A DNA stretch of 64,000 nucleotides. Origin: Anaerolineales bacterium (lineage in GTDB: Bacteria > Chloroflexota > Anaerolineae > Anaerolineales > UBA4823). This document shows positions 39,032 to 48,973 of this stretch, one piece after another. Below the pieces are notes generated by a model. It had not been told where the DNA came from. It made no database searches and saw nothing but the letters and a program-made list of their open reading frames with translations. A program made the position numbers and the translations under genes. The stretch is taken from positions 7,261 to 71,260 of the forward strand of contig DAOTZA010000084.1 in assembly GCA_034434515.1 (NCBI GenBank), in the 5' to 3' direction. Every line of letters begins with the position of its first letter. Positions within the stretch are counted from its first letter, which is position 1.

Positions 39032-39863
39032 ATCCGCGATTGCCATAGTTACCGATAGCACAGCAGATATTCCCGATGAGCTACTGGCACAACATGAGAT
39101 CTATATGGTAAACAATTACATTATCATCGAAGGAAAAAGCTACGAGGACCGCAAGGACATCTCTCGGGAAGAATTCTACACTGCTTTACCGAACCTGAAG
39201 AGCTTTCCTACAACTGCCACTGCTCCATCTGGCATCTACCAGGCGCTTTACGAACAGTTACTCTCACAAGGGAAAGAAGTAATTCTCTCGATCCACGTCT
39301 CCGGACGGCTGAGTGGAATTTTGAATGCTGCCTCCGCAGCAGCCAACTCTTTTGTTAACCGCGTCAAAGTCATCGATAGCCTTAATGTCAGTATGGGTTT
39401 GGGCTTCCAGGTGCTCGCTGCGGCAGAAGCGGCGCGTCAGGGAGCAAGCGTTGAAGCCATCCTCTCCCTGTTGGATGAGCTTCGCAAACGGATCAAGCTG
39501 ATAGCGATGCTTGACACTGTCGAATATCTGCATCGGAGTGGGCGGGTATCGTGGGCAAAAGCCCGCCTCGGAGAGTTATTGCGCATCAAACCCTTCGTGG
39601 AAGTCCTAAACGGACAGGTCTTAAGTTTGGGGGAAACTCGCACCTATCAAAAAGGGTTTACTCGGATTGTCGAAATCATCCGCCGCATTAGCCCACTGGA
39701 AAAGCTGGCTATCTTGCACACCAACGCCGAGGATCGCGCCCACCAACTGCTTGAAGAGATTAAAGACATCCTTCCAACGCAGGTTCTCACTGTAAACGTG
39801 ACCTCTGTAATCGGATCACATGTTGGTCCGAATGTGCTCGGTTTCACTGCAATTCTCAAATAA
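39021..39863 (+). CDS. DegV-family fatty-acid-binding protein (FakB-like)
   Basis: Canonical IAIVTDSTADIPDELL. The start overlaps the preceding degV copy (ATG 39021, or the track start 39009). Confidence 0.8.
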   Translation: MKSKSAIAIVTDSTADIPDELLAQHEIYMVNNYIIIEGKSYEDRKDISREEFYTALPNLKSFPTTATAPSGIYQALYEQLLSQGKEVILSIHVSGRLSGILNAASAAANSFVNRVKVIDSLNVSMGLGFQVLAAAEAARQGASVEAILSLLDELRKRIKLIAMLDTVEYLHRSGRVSWAKARLGELLRIKPFVEVLNGQVLSLGETRTYQKGFTRIVEIIRRISPLEKLAILHTNAEDRAHQLLEEIKDILPTQVLTVNVTSVIGSHVGPNVLGFTAILK

Positions 39864-39891
39864 TCCAGATTTGGCTGGTAAAATTATCCCA

Positions 39892-42357
39892 ATGAAGCCT
39901 TCTATCCAGAAACTGTATAACATCTTTCGCATCGAAGTCGAAAACCACTTCTTTAATCGTGCGGTCATCGGTGGTCTTGATCGCATCCTGGAGCGGTGGA
40001 CAACAGAAGCCCGCCAGGATCAACTGGGCGAGGATGTCATTCAGGAAGTCCAATCCGCTCTGCAACGCTACCCAAAACTATCCACACAAGAAAGATCTCA
40101 GACGCTCGAAAGCCTGTGGAAGAGCTTGCAAAGCTCAACCGATGACATACCAGCCTTCCCGCAAGTTGTTTCTGAAAGTACCCCAAAAACAATTTCACAA
40201 CAGACACCTTTCGTCAAGACTGATCGCCCAAAAGAAGCAAGCGCGGGGATTGAAGGACCACTGGATCTCAAAGCTTTACAAGCCTCAATCAAGGTGTTGC
40301 CGGGTATTGGTCAGAAATACGCCAGCGTATTGGCGAAATTAGGCTTATTTACCCTCGAGGATTTACTTTACTATTTCCCGCGCCGCTATGATGATTACTC
40401 AAATCTGAAGCCAATTCACAGCTTGCTCTATGGAGAAGAAGTTACGGTCATCGGTGTCATTCAGTCTGTCACAGAGCGAAAGTCGACTTCCAAACGTTCC
40501 ATTGTCGAAGCCGTGCTCACCGATGGCACGGGTGGAATTCGCATAACGATTTTTAATCAACCCTGGCAAGCTCAAAAGTTACAAATTGGCGAGCCATATG
40601 CCGTTGCAGGGCGCATCGATCAATATCTTGGGCGATTGGTTTTCGTCAATCCGGAAATCGAACCTCTGGACAAAGAGTTGTTACACAGCGGCCGCATTGT
40701 CCCCGTCTACCGTCTGACGGAAAACATTACCCAACGCTGGTTACGGCGCACGATCAAACAGGTAGTGGATCGCTATGCCCCCAAATTAGTCGATTATATG
40801 CCAGCCTCCATCCGGCAGTCAGCTCAGTTGATGGAACTTTCCAAAGCCGTATCCCAGGCGCACTTCCCCGACTCCATGGAAAATCTTGAACAAGCCCGCT
40901 ATCGTCTCGCATTTGACGAAATTTTCTTTTTACAAATGGGGGTTCTGCGCCACAAATACCAATGGCAACAACGACCTGGCCGTCCGTTCCATGCTCCCCC
41001 CTTCTGGCTTGAGCAGTTTAAAGCCATCCTGCCCTATGCTCTCACTCAAGCCCAAGAGCGAGCCTTGCATCAAGCCCTCAACGATTTAGCTTCAGGCAGA
41101 CCGATGAACCGCTTGCTGCAAGGTGATGTTGGCTCAGGAAAAACCGTTGTCGCAGCCGGTATTGCAGCATTAATCGCCCATCATAACGCTCAATCCGCTA
41201 TCATGGCTCCAACCAGCATTTTAGCCGAACAGCATTATCGCACATTTCTCAAACTGCTGGCTGCAGCAGAAGAGTCTAACGAGCAGCAAAATCCGGTAAA
41301 GCTACCTGCTTCGGCCATTCGATTATTGACCGGCGCCACCCCGGATTCCGAACGAGACAAACTCTTTGAACAACTGGCAAACAATCAGATTAAAATCCTC
41401 ATCGGCACCCATGCGCTGATCGAAGAAGCCATCCAATTTCACGACTTGCAATTTATCGTTGTAGACGAACAACACCGTTTTGGAGTAGAACAACGGGCGC
41501 TGCTGCGCGCCAAAGGGGAAAATCCACACCTACTGGTCATGACAGCAACTCCTATCCCGCGCTCACTCGCCTTGACCATCTATGGCGACCTCGACCTGAC
41601 CCTTTTAGATGAAATGCCTCCCGGCAGACAACCCATCAATACGTTTGTCGTCTATCCTTACGAACGAGAACGGGTTTATCGTCTCATTGAATCGCAAGTT
41701 GAGCAAGGAAAACAAGCTTTTATCATCTACCCCTTGGTAGAAGAAAGCGAGAAAACCCAAAGCCTATCGGCGGTTGAAGAGTACAAACGTCTCCAACGGG
41801 AAGTATTTCCGAATCTCCGTTTAGGTTTACTACATGGACGTCTGAAAGCAGAGGAAAAAGAAGCGGTAATGTTACAGTTCCAACGCGGCGAGGTCCAAAT
41901 TTTGGTCTCGACTTCGGTTGTTGAAGTCGGCGTTGACGTTCCTCAGGCAACGGTCATGGTTATCGAAGGTGCAAACCGCTTTGGATTAGCCCAACTCCAC
42001 CAGTTTCGAGGCCGGGTCGGGCGCGGCAATGATCCAGCGTATTGCGTCTTGATCCCTGAAACGGCTGACGAAGCTGAGAATGAACGACTAATGGTGATGG
42101 CTCAAACCCAGGATGGTTTTGTGTTAGCTGAACATGACCTCCGCCAGCGCGGCCCTGGCGATTTCCTAGGGACGCGACAGTCCGGCTTCGCCCAACTTCG
42201 TTTTGCCAACTTTACCAATTTACACCTGATCGAAAAGGTACGAGAGCATTCTCAAGCCCTTTTCAATGAAGACCCACTGCTGTCAAAACCCGACCATCGC
42301 CTGCTGGCCGAAAGAATCGATCGCTTCTGGCAGGAAACCACCAGTGACATCAGTTAA
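39892..42357 (+). CDS. recG: ATP-dependent DNA helicase RecG (with ~120-aa N-terminal extension)
   Basis: ATG 39892. The sequence shows the wedge-domain entry (LPGIGQKYASVLAKLGLFTLEDLLYYFPRRYDD), helicase motifs (GDVGSGKT, DEQHRFG, TATPIPR) and the C-terminal TRG motif region. Confidence 0.9.
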   Translation: MKPSIQKLYNIFRIEVENHFFNRAVIGGLDRILERWTTEARQDQLGEDVIQEVQSALQRYPKLSTQERSQTLESLWKSLQSSTDDIPAFPQVVSESTPKTISQQTPFVKTDRPKEASAGIEGPLDLKALQASIKVLPGIGQKYASVLAKLGLFTLEDLLYYFPRRYDDYSNLKPIHSLLYGEEVTVIGVIQSVTERKSTSKRSIVEAVLTDGTGGIRITIFNQPWQAQKLQIGEPYAVAGRIDQYLGRLVFVNPEIEPLDKELLHSGRIVPVYRLTENITQRWLRRTIKQVVDRYAPKLVDYMPASIRQSAQLMELSKAVSQAHFPDSMENLEQARYRLAFDEIFFLQMGVLRHKYQWQQRPGRPFHAPPFWLEQFKAILPYALTQAQERALHQALNDLASGRPMNRLLQGDVGSGKTVVAAGIAALIAHHNAQSAIMAPTSILAEQHYRTFLKLLAAAEESNEQQNPVKLPASAIRLLTGATPDSERDKLFEQLANNQIKILIGTHALIEEAIQFHDLQFIVVDEQHRFGVEQRALLRAKGENPHLLVMTATPIPRSLALTIYGDLDLTLLDEMPPGRQPINTFVVYPYERERVYRLIESQVEQGKQAFIIYPLVEESEKTQSLSAVEEYKRLQREVFPNLRLGLLHGRLKAEEKEAVMLQFQRGEVQILVSTSVVEVGVDVPQATVMVIEGANRFGLAQLHQFRGRVGRGNDPAYCVLIPETADEAENERLMVMAQTQDGFVLAEHDLRQRGPGDFLGTRQSGFAQLRFANFTNLHLIEKVREHSQALFNEDPLLSKPDHRLLAERIDRFWQETTSDIS

Positions 42358-42403
42358 GCGTTTTCAATTTTCTATCCTTTACCATCGGATTAAGTGAGGA
42401 AGT

Positions 42404-42928
42404 ATGATCCGCGCAGTTTTTCCTGGCACCTTCGACCCCATTCATTTCGGACATATTGACATTGCCAAAAGAGCAGCCAATCTGTTTGATGAACTGGTGA
42501 TCGCCGTTTACGACCGCCCTTTAAAAACGCTCTTGTTCTCGCCTCAAGAACGCATCCGCATGGCCCAGCAAACTTTTGACGGAAACCCCAAAATTACCGT
42601 TATGGGATATAGCGGGTTGACCGTTGAATTTTGCCGCAAAATCAATGCCCAGGTGATTGTGCGCGGTTTACGGGTGTTTTCAGACTTCGAGTATGAATTC
42701 CGCATGGCTTTGGCCAACCATCATCTTGCGCCGGAAATTGAGGTCGTCGCCTTCATCACCGCCGAAGAACATACTTTCTTATCATCCTCTACCGTCAGAG
42801 AAGTTGCTTCCCTGGGCGGTGATGTGAGCACAATGGTGCCGCCGCTGGTCGCTGAAGCGCTCAAACGTCGTTTCCGCGAGTTGGGCGAAAGCCAACAAAT
42901 CGTTCCAACGACCTCCTTGCGCGATTGA
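42404..42928 (+). CDS. coaD: phosphopantetheine adenylyltransferase
   Basis: 174 aa with the GTFDPIHFGH nucleotidyltransferase motif. Confidence 0.9.
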   Translation: MIRAVFPGTFDPIHFGHIDIAKRAANLFDELVIAVYDRPLKTLLFSPQERIRMAQQTFDGNPKITVMGYSGLTVEFCRKINAQVIVRGLRVFSDFEYEFRMALANHHLAPEIEVVAFITAEEHTFLSSSTVREVASLGGDVSTMVPPLVAEALKRRFRELGESQQIVPTTSLRD

Positions 42929-42932
42929 TTTT

Positions 42933-42958
42933 TTGCAAGATTGGCCTGTATCTTGCAA
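42933..42958 (+). terminator. 9-bp perfect hairpin after coaD (weak terminator candidate)
   Basis: TTGCAAGAT (42933-42941) pairs with ATCTTGCAA (42950-42958). The tail TCTATGTT is only moderately U-rich. Confidence 0.3.
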
Positions 42959-42964
42959 TCTATG

Positions 42965-42993
42965 TTGACGAAAAGGCAGTTTGCGTGTAATCT
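42965..42993 (+). promoter_or_regulatory. candidate promoter of the coiled-coil protein gene
   Basis: TTGACG (42965-42970), 17-nt spacer, TAATCT (42988-42993). It lies 43 nt upstream of ATG 43036. Confidence 0.45.
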
Positions 42994-43035
42994 ATTGATA
43001 GTAGATTTAACCTCGCAAAATTAGGGAAGACTCAT

Positions 43036-43506
43036 ATGGATATCATGCATTTAATTGATCGTTTGGAGGAAGTGCTTAACGAAAGTCGCCAGTTACCTTT
43101 CACCCACAACATCATTGTGGATGAGGAACGAGTCTTCGAAATCATTGACCAAATGCGCGCCTTGATTCCCGAAGAAGTCAAAAAGGCGCAACAACTTCTT
43201 GCCCAAAAAGATCGTATCCTAGCCCAAGCTCAGGAAGAAGCCAATCGCACCCTGGCAATTGCCAAAGAGAAACGAGACCAAATGGTCGAGCGTGAGGCCA
43301 TTGTCCAGGCTGCCCATGCCCGTGCTGAACAAATTCTGGCGGAAGCCAAACTTGAACAAGAAAACACCCGCCGCGAAGCAGATGCCTACGTGTTAGAAAC
43401 GCTGCGTCGTCTCGAGATGGAACTAGAGCGTTCCCTGACCCAGGTCCGCAACGGCATCAGCTACCTGCAAAGTGAGCGACTTCAAACTACCAAAGAAATC
43501 GAATAA
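43036..43506 (+). CDS. hypothetical coiled-coil protein
   Basis: 156 aa, rich in A/E/Q/R heptad-like sequence (KKAQQLLAQKDRILAQAQEEANRTLAIAKEKRDQ). No catalytic motif. Confidence 0.5.
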   Translation: MDIMHLIDRLEEVLNESRQLPFTHNIIVDEERVFEIIDQMRALIPEEVKKAQQLLAQKDRILAQAQEEANRTLAIAKEKRDQMVEREAIVQAAHARAEQILAEAKLEQENTRREADAYVLETLRRLEMELERSLTQVRNGISYLQSERLQTTKEIE

Positions 43507-43657
43507 ACAGGTAACTTTTTAACCCACTTTTTCTCAGGGTATTTTCCCCATTCCTGATTTCTCGACAAGATCACAAAAAAGGATTAGACTTTGTTTCCAG
43601 ACAAGCTGGATTGCTGGAAATAAACGTTGCTGACTGCATTTAAGCTCATCAATTCAG

Positions 43658-44566
43658 GTGGTAAACGTGAATCGTTCTTCACTAACCAAATATGCCTGGT
43701 TGTCGATTGGGGCTGCCCTTAGCACGATTACGCTCAAGAGTATTGCCTATCTGATTACTGGCTCAGTCGGTTTACTTTCGGATGCTGCTGAGTCTCTGGT
43801 CAATCTTCTCGCTGCTATCATCACATTGGTGATGTTGATCATTGCGGCGCGGCCAGCCGATGAGCTACACAATTACGGCCACAGCAAAGCGGAATACTTT
43901 GCTAGCTTTGCGGAGGGTTTTTTGATTTTGTTCGCTTCCCTGGGAATTATCTATTCGGCGGTACAACGCATCCTAAACCCTCAGCCACTCGAACAAGTCC
44001 CTTTAGGATTGATCGTATCGGTGAGTGCTTCTCTGATCAATTATTTCGTTGCCCAAGTGTTACTCAAAGCCGGCAACAAATTCAACTCGATCAGCCTCGA
44101 AGCAGATGCGCATCATCTGATGACCGATGTTTACACCTCGGCTGGGGTACTCCTTGCTGTGGGTATTGTTGCAATCAGCGGTTGGTTTATCCTGGATCCA
44201 ATCATCGCCTTACTGGTTGCTCTAAACATACTCCGCACGGCTTACGCTCTGTTGAAACGCTCCGTCTATGGTCTGATGGATACTGCGCTAAGCATCGAAG
44301 ACCAACAAACTGTTCAGACTATTTTCGAAAAATATCGCTCACAGGGTGTTCAATTTCATGCCTTACGTACCCGCCAGGCGGCCGGACGACGTTTTATCTC
44401 TTTTCACATCCTTGTTCCAGGTCACTGGTCAACCCATCGCAGTCACCATCTGGCTGAAGAAGTAGAAGCTGACATCCGGAAATCGCTCAACGGCGCAACG
44501 GTTTTTACGCATCTTGAACCGGTTGATGATCCACTCTCCTACCAGGATATCGAAATCGACCGCTAG
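43658..44566 (+). CDS. cation diffusion facilitator (CDF) family metal efflux transporter
   Basis: 302 aa with 6 TM helices, motifs LSDAAESLVN and HHLMTDV, and a C-terminal cytoplasmic domain. GTG start. Confidence 0.8.
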   Translation: MVNVNRSSLTKYAWLSIGAALSTITLKSIAYLITGSVGLLSDAAESLVNLLAAIITLVMLIIAARPADELHNYGHSKAEYFASFAEGFLILFASLGIIYSAVQRILNPQPLEQVPLGLIVSVSASLINYFVAQVLLKAGNKFNSISLEADAHHLMTDVYTSAGVLLAVGIVAISGWFILDPIIALLVALNILRTAYALLKRSVYGLMDTALSIEDQQTVQTIFEKYRSQGVQFHALRTRQAAGRRFISFHILVPGHWSTHRSHHLAEEVEADIRKSLNGATVFTHLEPVDDPLSYQDIEIDR

Positions 44567-44582
44567 CATCTGGCCATTTTCT

Positions 44583-45377
44583 TCAAGATGGTGAACGTTC
44601 CTGTTCGACAAAACACTTTTGGATAAGCCAATCAACCAAGGCAGGCACAGTGCGGTTGAGCCAGATAACGGACTTCAGGTAGCCTGGCAGGATCACACTT
44701 TGGCGTGGATGCTGGATTAGCTGAACCGTTGCTTCAGCGACCTTATTAGCAGTGAGACGCATCCAGCGCGGTGTTGTAATGCGGGTCTTCCGCTCAATCC
44801 CTGCCTTCTGGGCAAATTCAGTCTCAACTCCCCCTGGATAGACCCCCGAAACATGGATGCCATAATGGGCAACCTCCCTTCTAAGCGCCTCGGTAAAACC
44901 GTGTAAACCAAATTTGCTGGCTGCATAAACACTATAGGTTGGCGTGGCTATCCAGGCTGCAAGCGAAGCGATGTTAATAATGTGCCCGGCTCGATTGGCA
45001 ATCATGCCGGGTAGCAACTGTCTGGTGAGTTGAATCGGGGCGACCAGATTGACTTGAATTTGAGCTGCAATATCCATTTCACCATCCAATCTCTCCAACC
45101 AGTTCAACCGTCCAAAGCCGGCATTGTTGATCAAAACGTCAACCCGCCCAAAAAATTGCACAACGGTCTGGGCGACCATCTGCACTTGCTGCCATTTTGC
45201 CAAATCGGCCTGAATGGATAAAACCCTGACCCCATAGGGTTCACACTCCTTGCGTAACGTTTCTAATCGCTCCAACCTGCGGGCAGTTATTGCCAAATCA
45301 TAGCCCTGTTTGGCAGCCAGACGAGCAATCTCTGCTCCAATTCCTGACGAGGCTCCCGTAATTAGAAGTACCGTCAT
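44583..45377 (-). CDS. short-chain dehydrogenase/reductase (SDR)
   Basis: TGASSGIGAEIA cofactor motif and the YAASK catalytic motif. Confidence 0.8.
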   Translation of the reverse strand: MTVLLITGASSGIGAEIARLAAKQGYDLAITARRLERLETLRKECEPYGVRVLSIQADLAKWQQVQMVAQTVVQFFGRVDVLINNAGFGRLNWLERLDGEMDIAAQIQVNLVAPIQLTRQLLPGMIANRAGHIINIASLAAWIATPTYSVYAASKFGLHGFTEALRREVAHYGIHVSGVYPGGVETEFAQKAGIERKTRITTPRWMRLTANKVAEATVQLIQHPRQSVILPGYLKSVIWLNRTVPALVDWLIQKCFVEQERSPS

Positions 45378-45511
45378 GTTGAGTCACTCTCCAAATATAA
45401 ATCGAGGTTTTTCCCATTATAAACGTCATCTATAACAATCTCAGCAGATCAAAGAGAATCCCCTCATGGTTGACAAGCCCCGGATACCTTTTTAAGGTTA
45501 AAATAATACCA

Positions 45512-46051
45512 ATGAACGCCATAGAGGAAACGGTATCATTTGCTGAGATCGTTTCTCCGTTTGCTGAGCAAATCCTTCAACACCTTCTCTATCAGAGCAA
45601 TCGTAACGACTGCGCGCCCTTCACCATAGCTACCCTTGTTCATGCATTCACCGGCCAAAGGGTCAACCCCCTGGAACTTGCCCTAGAGATGAACAAGCCG
45701 GTCTGGCGGGGTATTAGACCGGTAATTCGGCGCATTCCCAATTGGGCAACCTTCCCTTGGGGAATTGTGGATGTCCTGCGGCAGTTTGGTATCTCAGCCC
45801 GCTGGCGATTCTTGATTCAGGTAGAGGAAGTGGTTGAACATCTTCCCCATCCAATCCTTTATCTACCGATCCTGCTCTCCTGGCATCCACTATGGGCGCA
45901 TGTCATGACTCTGATTGCGTATCATCCTGCACGGGGATTTGGGTTTGCCAATACCCAATTGGAAGGGGCAAAGGTGGATTGGTTGGAGGAAACTCGGTTT
46001 CTAAAATTATGGAATGCCACTTACCATTGCACAGTCATCGTCACGCCCTGA
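45512..46051 (+). CDS. hypothetical protein, possible papain-fold (C39-like) cysteine peptidase domain
   Basis: Candidate Cys (NRNDCAPFTIATL) and His (LWAHVMTLIAY) are spaced as in C39-like peptidases. ATG 45512 is preferred over the TTG track start. Confidence 0.35.
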   Translation: MNAIEETVSFAEIVSPFAEQILQHLLYQSNRNDCAPFTIATLVHAFTGQRVNPLELALEMNKPVWRGIRPVIRRIPNWATFPWGIVDVLRQFGISARWRFLIQVEEVVEHLPHPILYLPILLSWHPLWAHVMTLIAYHPARGFGFANTQLEGAKVDWLEETRFLKLWNATYHCTVIVTP

Positions 46052-46107
46052 AGGAATGGTTTGGCAATCGGTGTGGATAATTGAGCGGAAATCTGTGGAG
46101 GGAAAAA

Positions 46108-47271
46108 ATGGATTTTGAGCTAAACCCCGAACAACGAATGTGGAAAGAAGTTGTTCACGACTTTGTCGCCCGAGAGGTCAAGCCAAAGGCAAAGGAAGTG
46201 GATGAAAACAGCGAAGTGAACTGGACAGCAATTCACAAAATGAGCTCCCTGGGACTATTGGGTTTAAATGTCCCGGAAGCGTACGGCGGGGCTGGAGTCG
46301 ATGCCATAAGTGCAGCTATCGCTATTGAAGAGTTAGGGTGGGGTTGTGGCAGCACTGCTCTCTCCATTGCAGCGCACAATGGATTAGGTTGCGCCCCTCT
46401 GGCTCTATTTGGCGCCGAGGAACTCAAGTTGACCTATCTACCCATTGTGACAAGTGGGCGCCGCCCGGATGGCAGCTCAAGCGGATTAGCTGCTCTGGCA
46501 TTGACCGAGCCGGCGGCCGGATCTGATCTGCGCGGCATCAGTTGTCATGCTCATCTTGAAGGAGATCATTGGGTAATCAATGGAACAAAGATGTGGTGCA
46601 CCAATGCCGGAATAGCAGAATATATTATTACCTTCGTGCGTCATGATACCGATCGAGCTCCGGATCAATTCAGTCTGATCCTGGTGCCCGGAAACCAGAC
46701 GGGTTTACACATTGATCCTCCCGAAAAAAAGATGGGGTTGAAAGGGTCGCCCACCCATGCAGTCACATATCATCAGGTGCGCGTACCACAAAACCATTTG
46801 CTGGGAAAGCCGGGGGATGGCTTACGTCAGACCCTGCAGGTATTGGATGGCGGTCGCATTGGAATCGCCGCACTAGCCGTCGGGTTAGCCCAGGCAGCCT
46901 TCGAGGCAGCGCTTAACTATGCCAAAGAGCGAAAAGCCTTTGGGCAACCGATCGCCGAACAGGAGGCCATTCAGTGGATGTTAGCCGATGCCGCCACCGA
47001 AATCCACGCCGCCCGGATGATGGTGTATTACGCTGCCTGGTTGAAGGATCAAGGAAAGCGCTTCACAAAAGAGGCTGCCATGGCAAAGCTCTTTGCCAGC
47101 GAAATGGCAGAAAGGGTTTGTCGCAACGCCATCCAAATCCATGGCGGGTATGGCTACAGCCGGGAATATCCGGTTGAGCGCATCTACCGGGATGCAAGGT
47201 TAATGACGATTGGGGAAGGAACCAGCGAAATCCAACGCCTGGTTATTGCCCGCCAACTGCTCAAGGCTTAA
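46108..47271 (+). CDS. acyl-CoA dehydrogenase
   Basis: ATG 46108 with GGAGGG upstream. ACAD pattern including the C-terminal [15 protein letters not shown]. Confidence 0.85.
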   Translation: MDFELNPEQRMWKEVVHDFVAREVKPKAKEVDENSEVNWTAIHKMSSLGLLGLNVPEAYGGAGVDAISAAIAIEELGWGCGSTALSIAAHNGLGCAPLALFGAEELKLTYLPIVTSGRRPDGSSSGLAALALTEPAAGSDLRGISCHAHLEGDHWVINGTKMWCTNAGIAEYIITFVRHDTDRAPDQFSLILVPGNQTGLHIDPPEKKMGLKGSPTHAVTYHQVRVPQNHLLGKPGDGLRQTLQVLDGGRIGIAALAVGLAQAAFEAALNYAKERKAFGQPIAEQEAIQWMLADAATEIHAARMMVYYAAWLKDQGKRFTKEAAMAKLFASEMAERVCRNAIQIHGGYGYSREYPVERIYRDARLMTIGEGTSEIQRLVIARQLLKA

Positions 47272-47400
47272 CCTCAAAGCTCAGAGAGCGGTTCATTTCA
47301 GGAGAACACGATCTGGAAATAACTCAAGTTGAAAATCTATAATATTGAAGAAATCTATCGGATGCGCAAGTTTTCCAACGCACCCAATTTTGATCATCCT

Positions 47401-48000
47401 TCAATCACCGGCTGCTACTGCGGTATGGTAATCCAATACCTTCCAGGCTTGCGGCGGCCAATAGACAATCCAGGCTTTGCCAATAACGTTTTCGAACGGC
47501 ACCATTCCCCAGCTATGGGAGTCTGAAGAGCGGTTGCGGTTATCTCCCAGCACAAACAAATAACCCTGCGGCACCGTATAGGTGCCCTCGTAATCTGGTG
47601 GGGCGCTGATATATGGCTCAACCAAAGGTTGTTCGTTGACATAAACTACTCCTCCACTCACCCGCACCACATCACCGGGCAATCCAATCACTCGTTTGAT
47701 ATACGGCTCTCGTTGTGGATCGGGAGGGTATCGGAAGATAATGATGTCCCCTCGCGAAGGCTTGCCGAACTTATAGGCAAGTTTGTTGACAATCACATAA
47801 TTCCCTGCCTCTAAGGTAGGAAGCATACTGATCGACTCAACTCGAATGCGCGCTGATACAGCGTTGATCCCAAAGTAGAGCAATAAAGACAAAAGAATCG
47901 TCTCAATAATATCCAGCAAGGTGCGCTTAAGCTTTCCAGGCTGGTCTTGATCATCTTCTGGAGAAATATCTGGCACAATCTCAGAACGAAACTCTTCCAT
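47401..48000 (-). CDS. lepB: signal peptidase I
   Basis: SMLPTL (Ser), YIKRVIGLPGD (Lys) and GDNRNRSSDS boxes. Confidence 0.9.
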   Translation of the reverse strand: MEEFRSEIVPDISPEDDQDQPGKLKRTLLDIIETILLSLLLYFGINAVSARIRVESISMLPTLEAGNYVIVNKLAYKFGKPSRGDIIIFRYPPDPQREPYIKRVIGLPGDVVRVSGGVVYVNEQPLVEPYISAPPDYEGTYTVPQGYLFVLGDNRNRSSDSHSWGMVPFENVIGKAWIVYWPPQAWKVLDYHTAVAAGD

Positions 48001-48030
48001 ACCGTTAGTTCAATTTCCTTTGCTATGATT

Positions 48031-48558
48031 TTATCTTAAGTTTTGAGAGGTATGACCCTGCTCGGCTGCTGCATCTTCCCGCAATAACTGGACGGCATGA
48101 GGGATCACCGGTAAAGCAATCTCGAAACTCTGCACAGCTCCCTTTGGGCTTCCAGGTAAATTGATCACGAAAACCCGTTTGCGGATTCCAGCGATGCCGC
48201 GCGAGAGCATCGCGTGAGGGGTAATTTTTAAGCTGGCTGAACGGATGGCTTCAGCAATGCCGGGCACCGGACGCTCGATGATCGCAGCAGTGGCTTCGGG
48301 AGTTACATCACGAGGCGCGCAGCCAGTTCCACCCGTGGTCAGGATTACATCCATTGCGTCCGTGTCACACCAATCCTTTAAAATCTTTTCGATAGCTTTT
48401 TGTTCATCAGCTACGACCCTGTATTGGACAACTTTTCCGCCGTATTCCTCAATAGCTTTTTTTAAAGCCGGACCACTGACATCTTCCCTTTCCCCTCTAG
48501 CCGAACGATCCGATACGGTAAGAATGGCAAAACGGATCTCACTCAAGATTTTTACCAT
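48031..48558 (-). CDS. moaB: MoaB/MogA-family molybdenum cofactor biosynthesis protein
   Basis: 175 aa: LTVSDRSARGEREDVSGP...ILTTGGTG. Confidence 0.8.
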   Translation of the reverse strand: MVKILSEIRFAILTVSDRSARGEREDVSGPALKKAIEEYGGKVVQYRVVADEQKAIEKILKDWCDTDAMDVILTTGGTGCAPRDVTPEATAAIIERPVPGIAEAIRSASLKITPHAMLSRGIAGIRKRVFVINLPGSPKGAVQSFEIALPVIPHAVQLLREDAAAEQGHTSQNLR

Positions 48559-48973
48559 AGGTCAGTATCTCCATGCGTTGCCAGCCGCGTTTTTCATAGA
48601 ATTGCTGAGCCATTTGATTTTCAGGGGTCACCAAGAGGTATGCCCGCCGGCAGCCAATGGCTTTAAGACGCTTTTCTAATTCCCCCATTAATGCGGTTGC
48701 AATGCCGCGCTTCCGTTCTGCTTGATCAACAGCTAAATGATATATCAGGCCTCGCCGACCGTCAAATCCTCCCATCACCGCCCCAATCAAACGACCTTCT
48801 TTTTCGGCAACCAGAAACAATTGCGGGTCGCGTTCCATTTTCTTGGCAATCTCAGCAAATGTATCGGAAACCCCAAGATGAACCCCTTCACCGGCATTGC
48901 TCCATAGTTCTATCACCGCCTGGTAATCGGCTGGAAATTCAAAGGTACGAATTGTGAATTCAGCCTCACTCAT
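48539..48973 (-). CDS. GNAT-family N-acetyltransferase
   Basis: 144 aa with the acetyl-CoA-binding motif (QAERKRGIATALM). It overlaps both neighbours. Confidence 0.75.
   Translation of the reverse strand: MSEAEFTIRTFEFPADYQAVIELWSNAGEGVHLGVSDTFAEIAKKMERDPQLFLVAEKEGRLIGAVMGGFDGRRGLIYHLAVDQAERKRGIATALMGELEKRLKAIGCRRAYLLVTPENQMAQQFYEKRGWQRMEILTYGKNLE

Noticed and set aside
43507-43657. Metal (NiCo/czcD-type) riboswitch upstream of the CDF transporter gene
   Set aside because: Only a 7-bp hairpin (TTTCCAG...CTGGAAA) is visible. I recognise no four-way-junction consensus, so there is not enough evidence.
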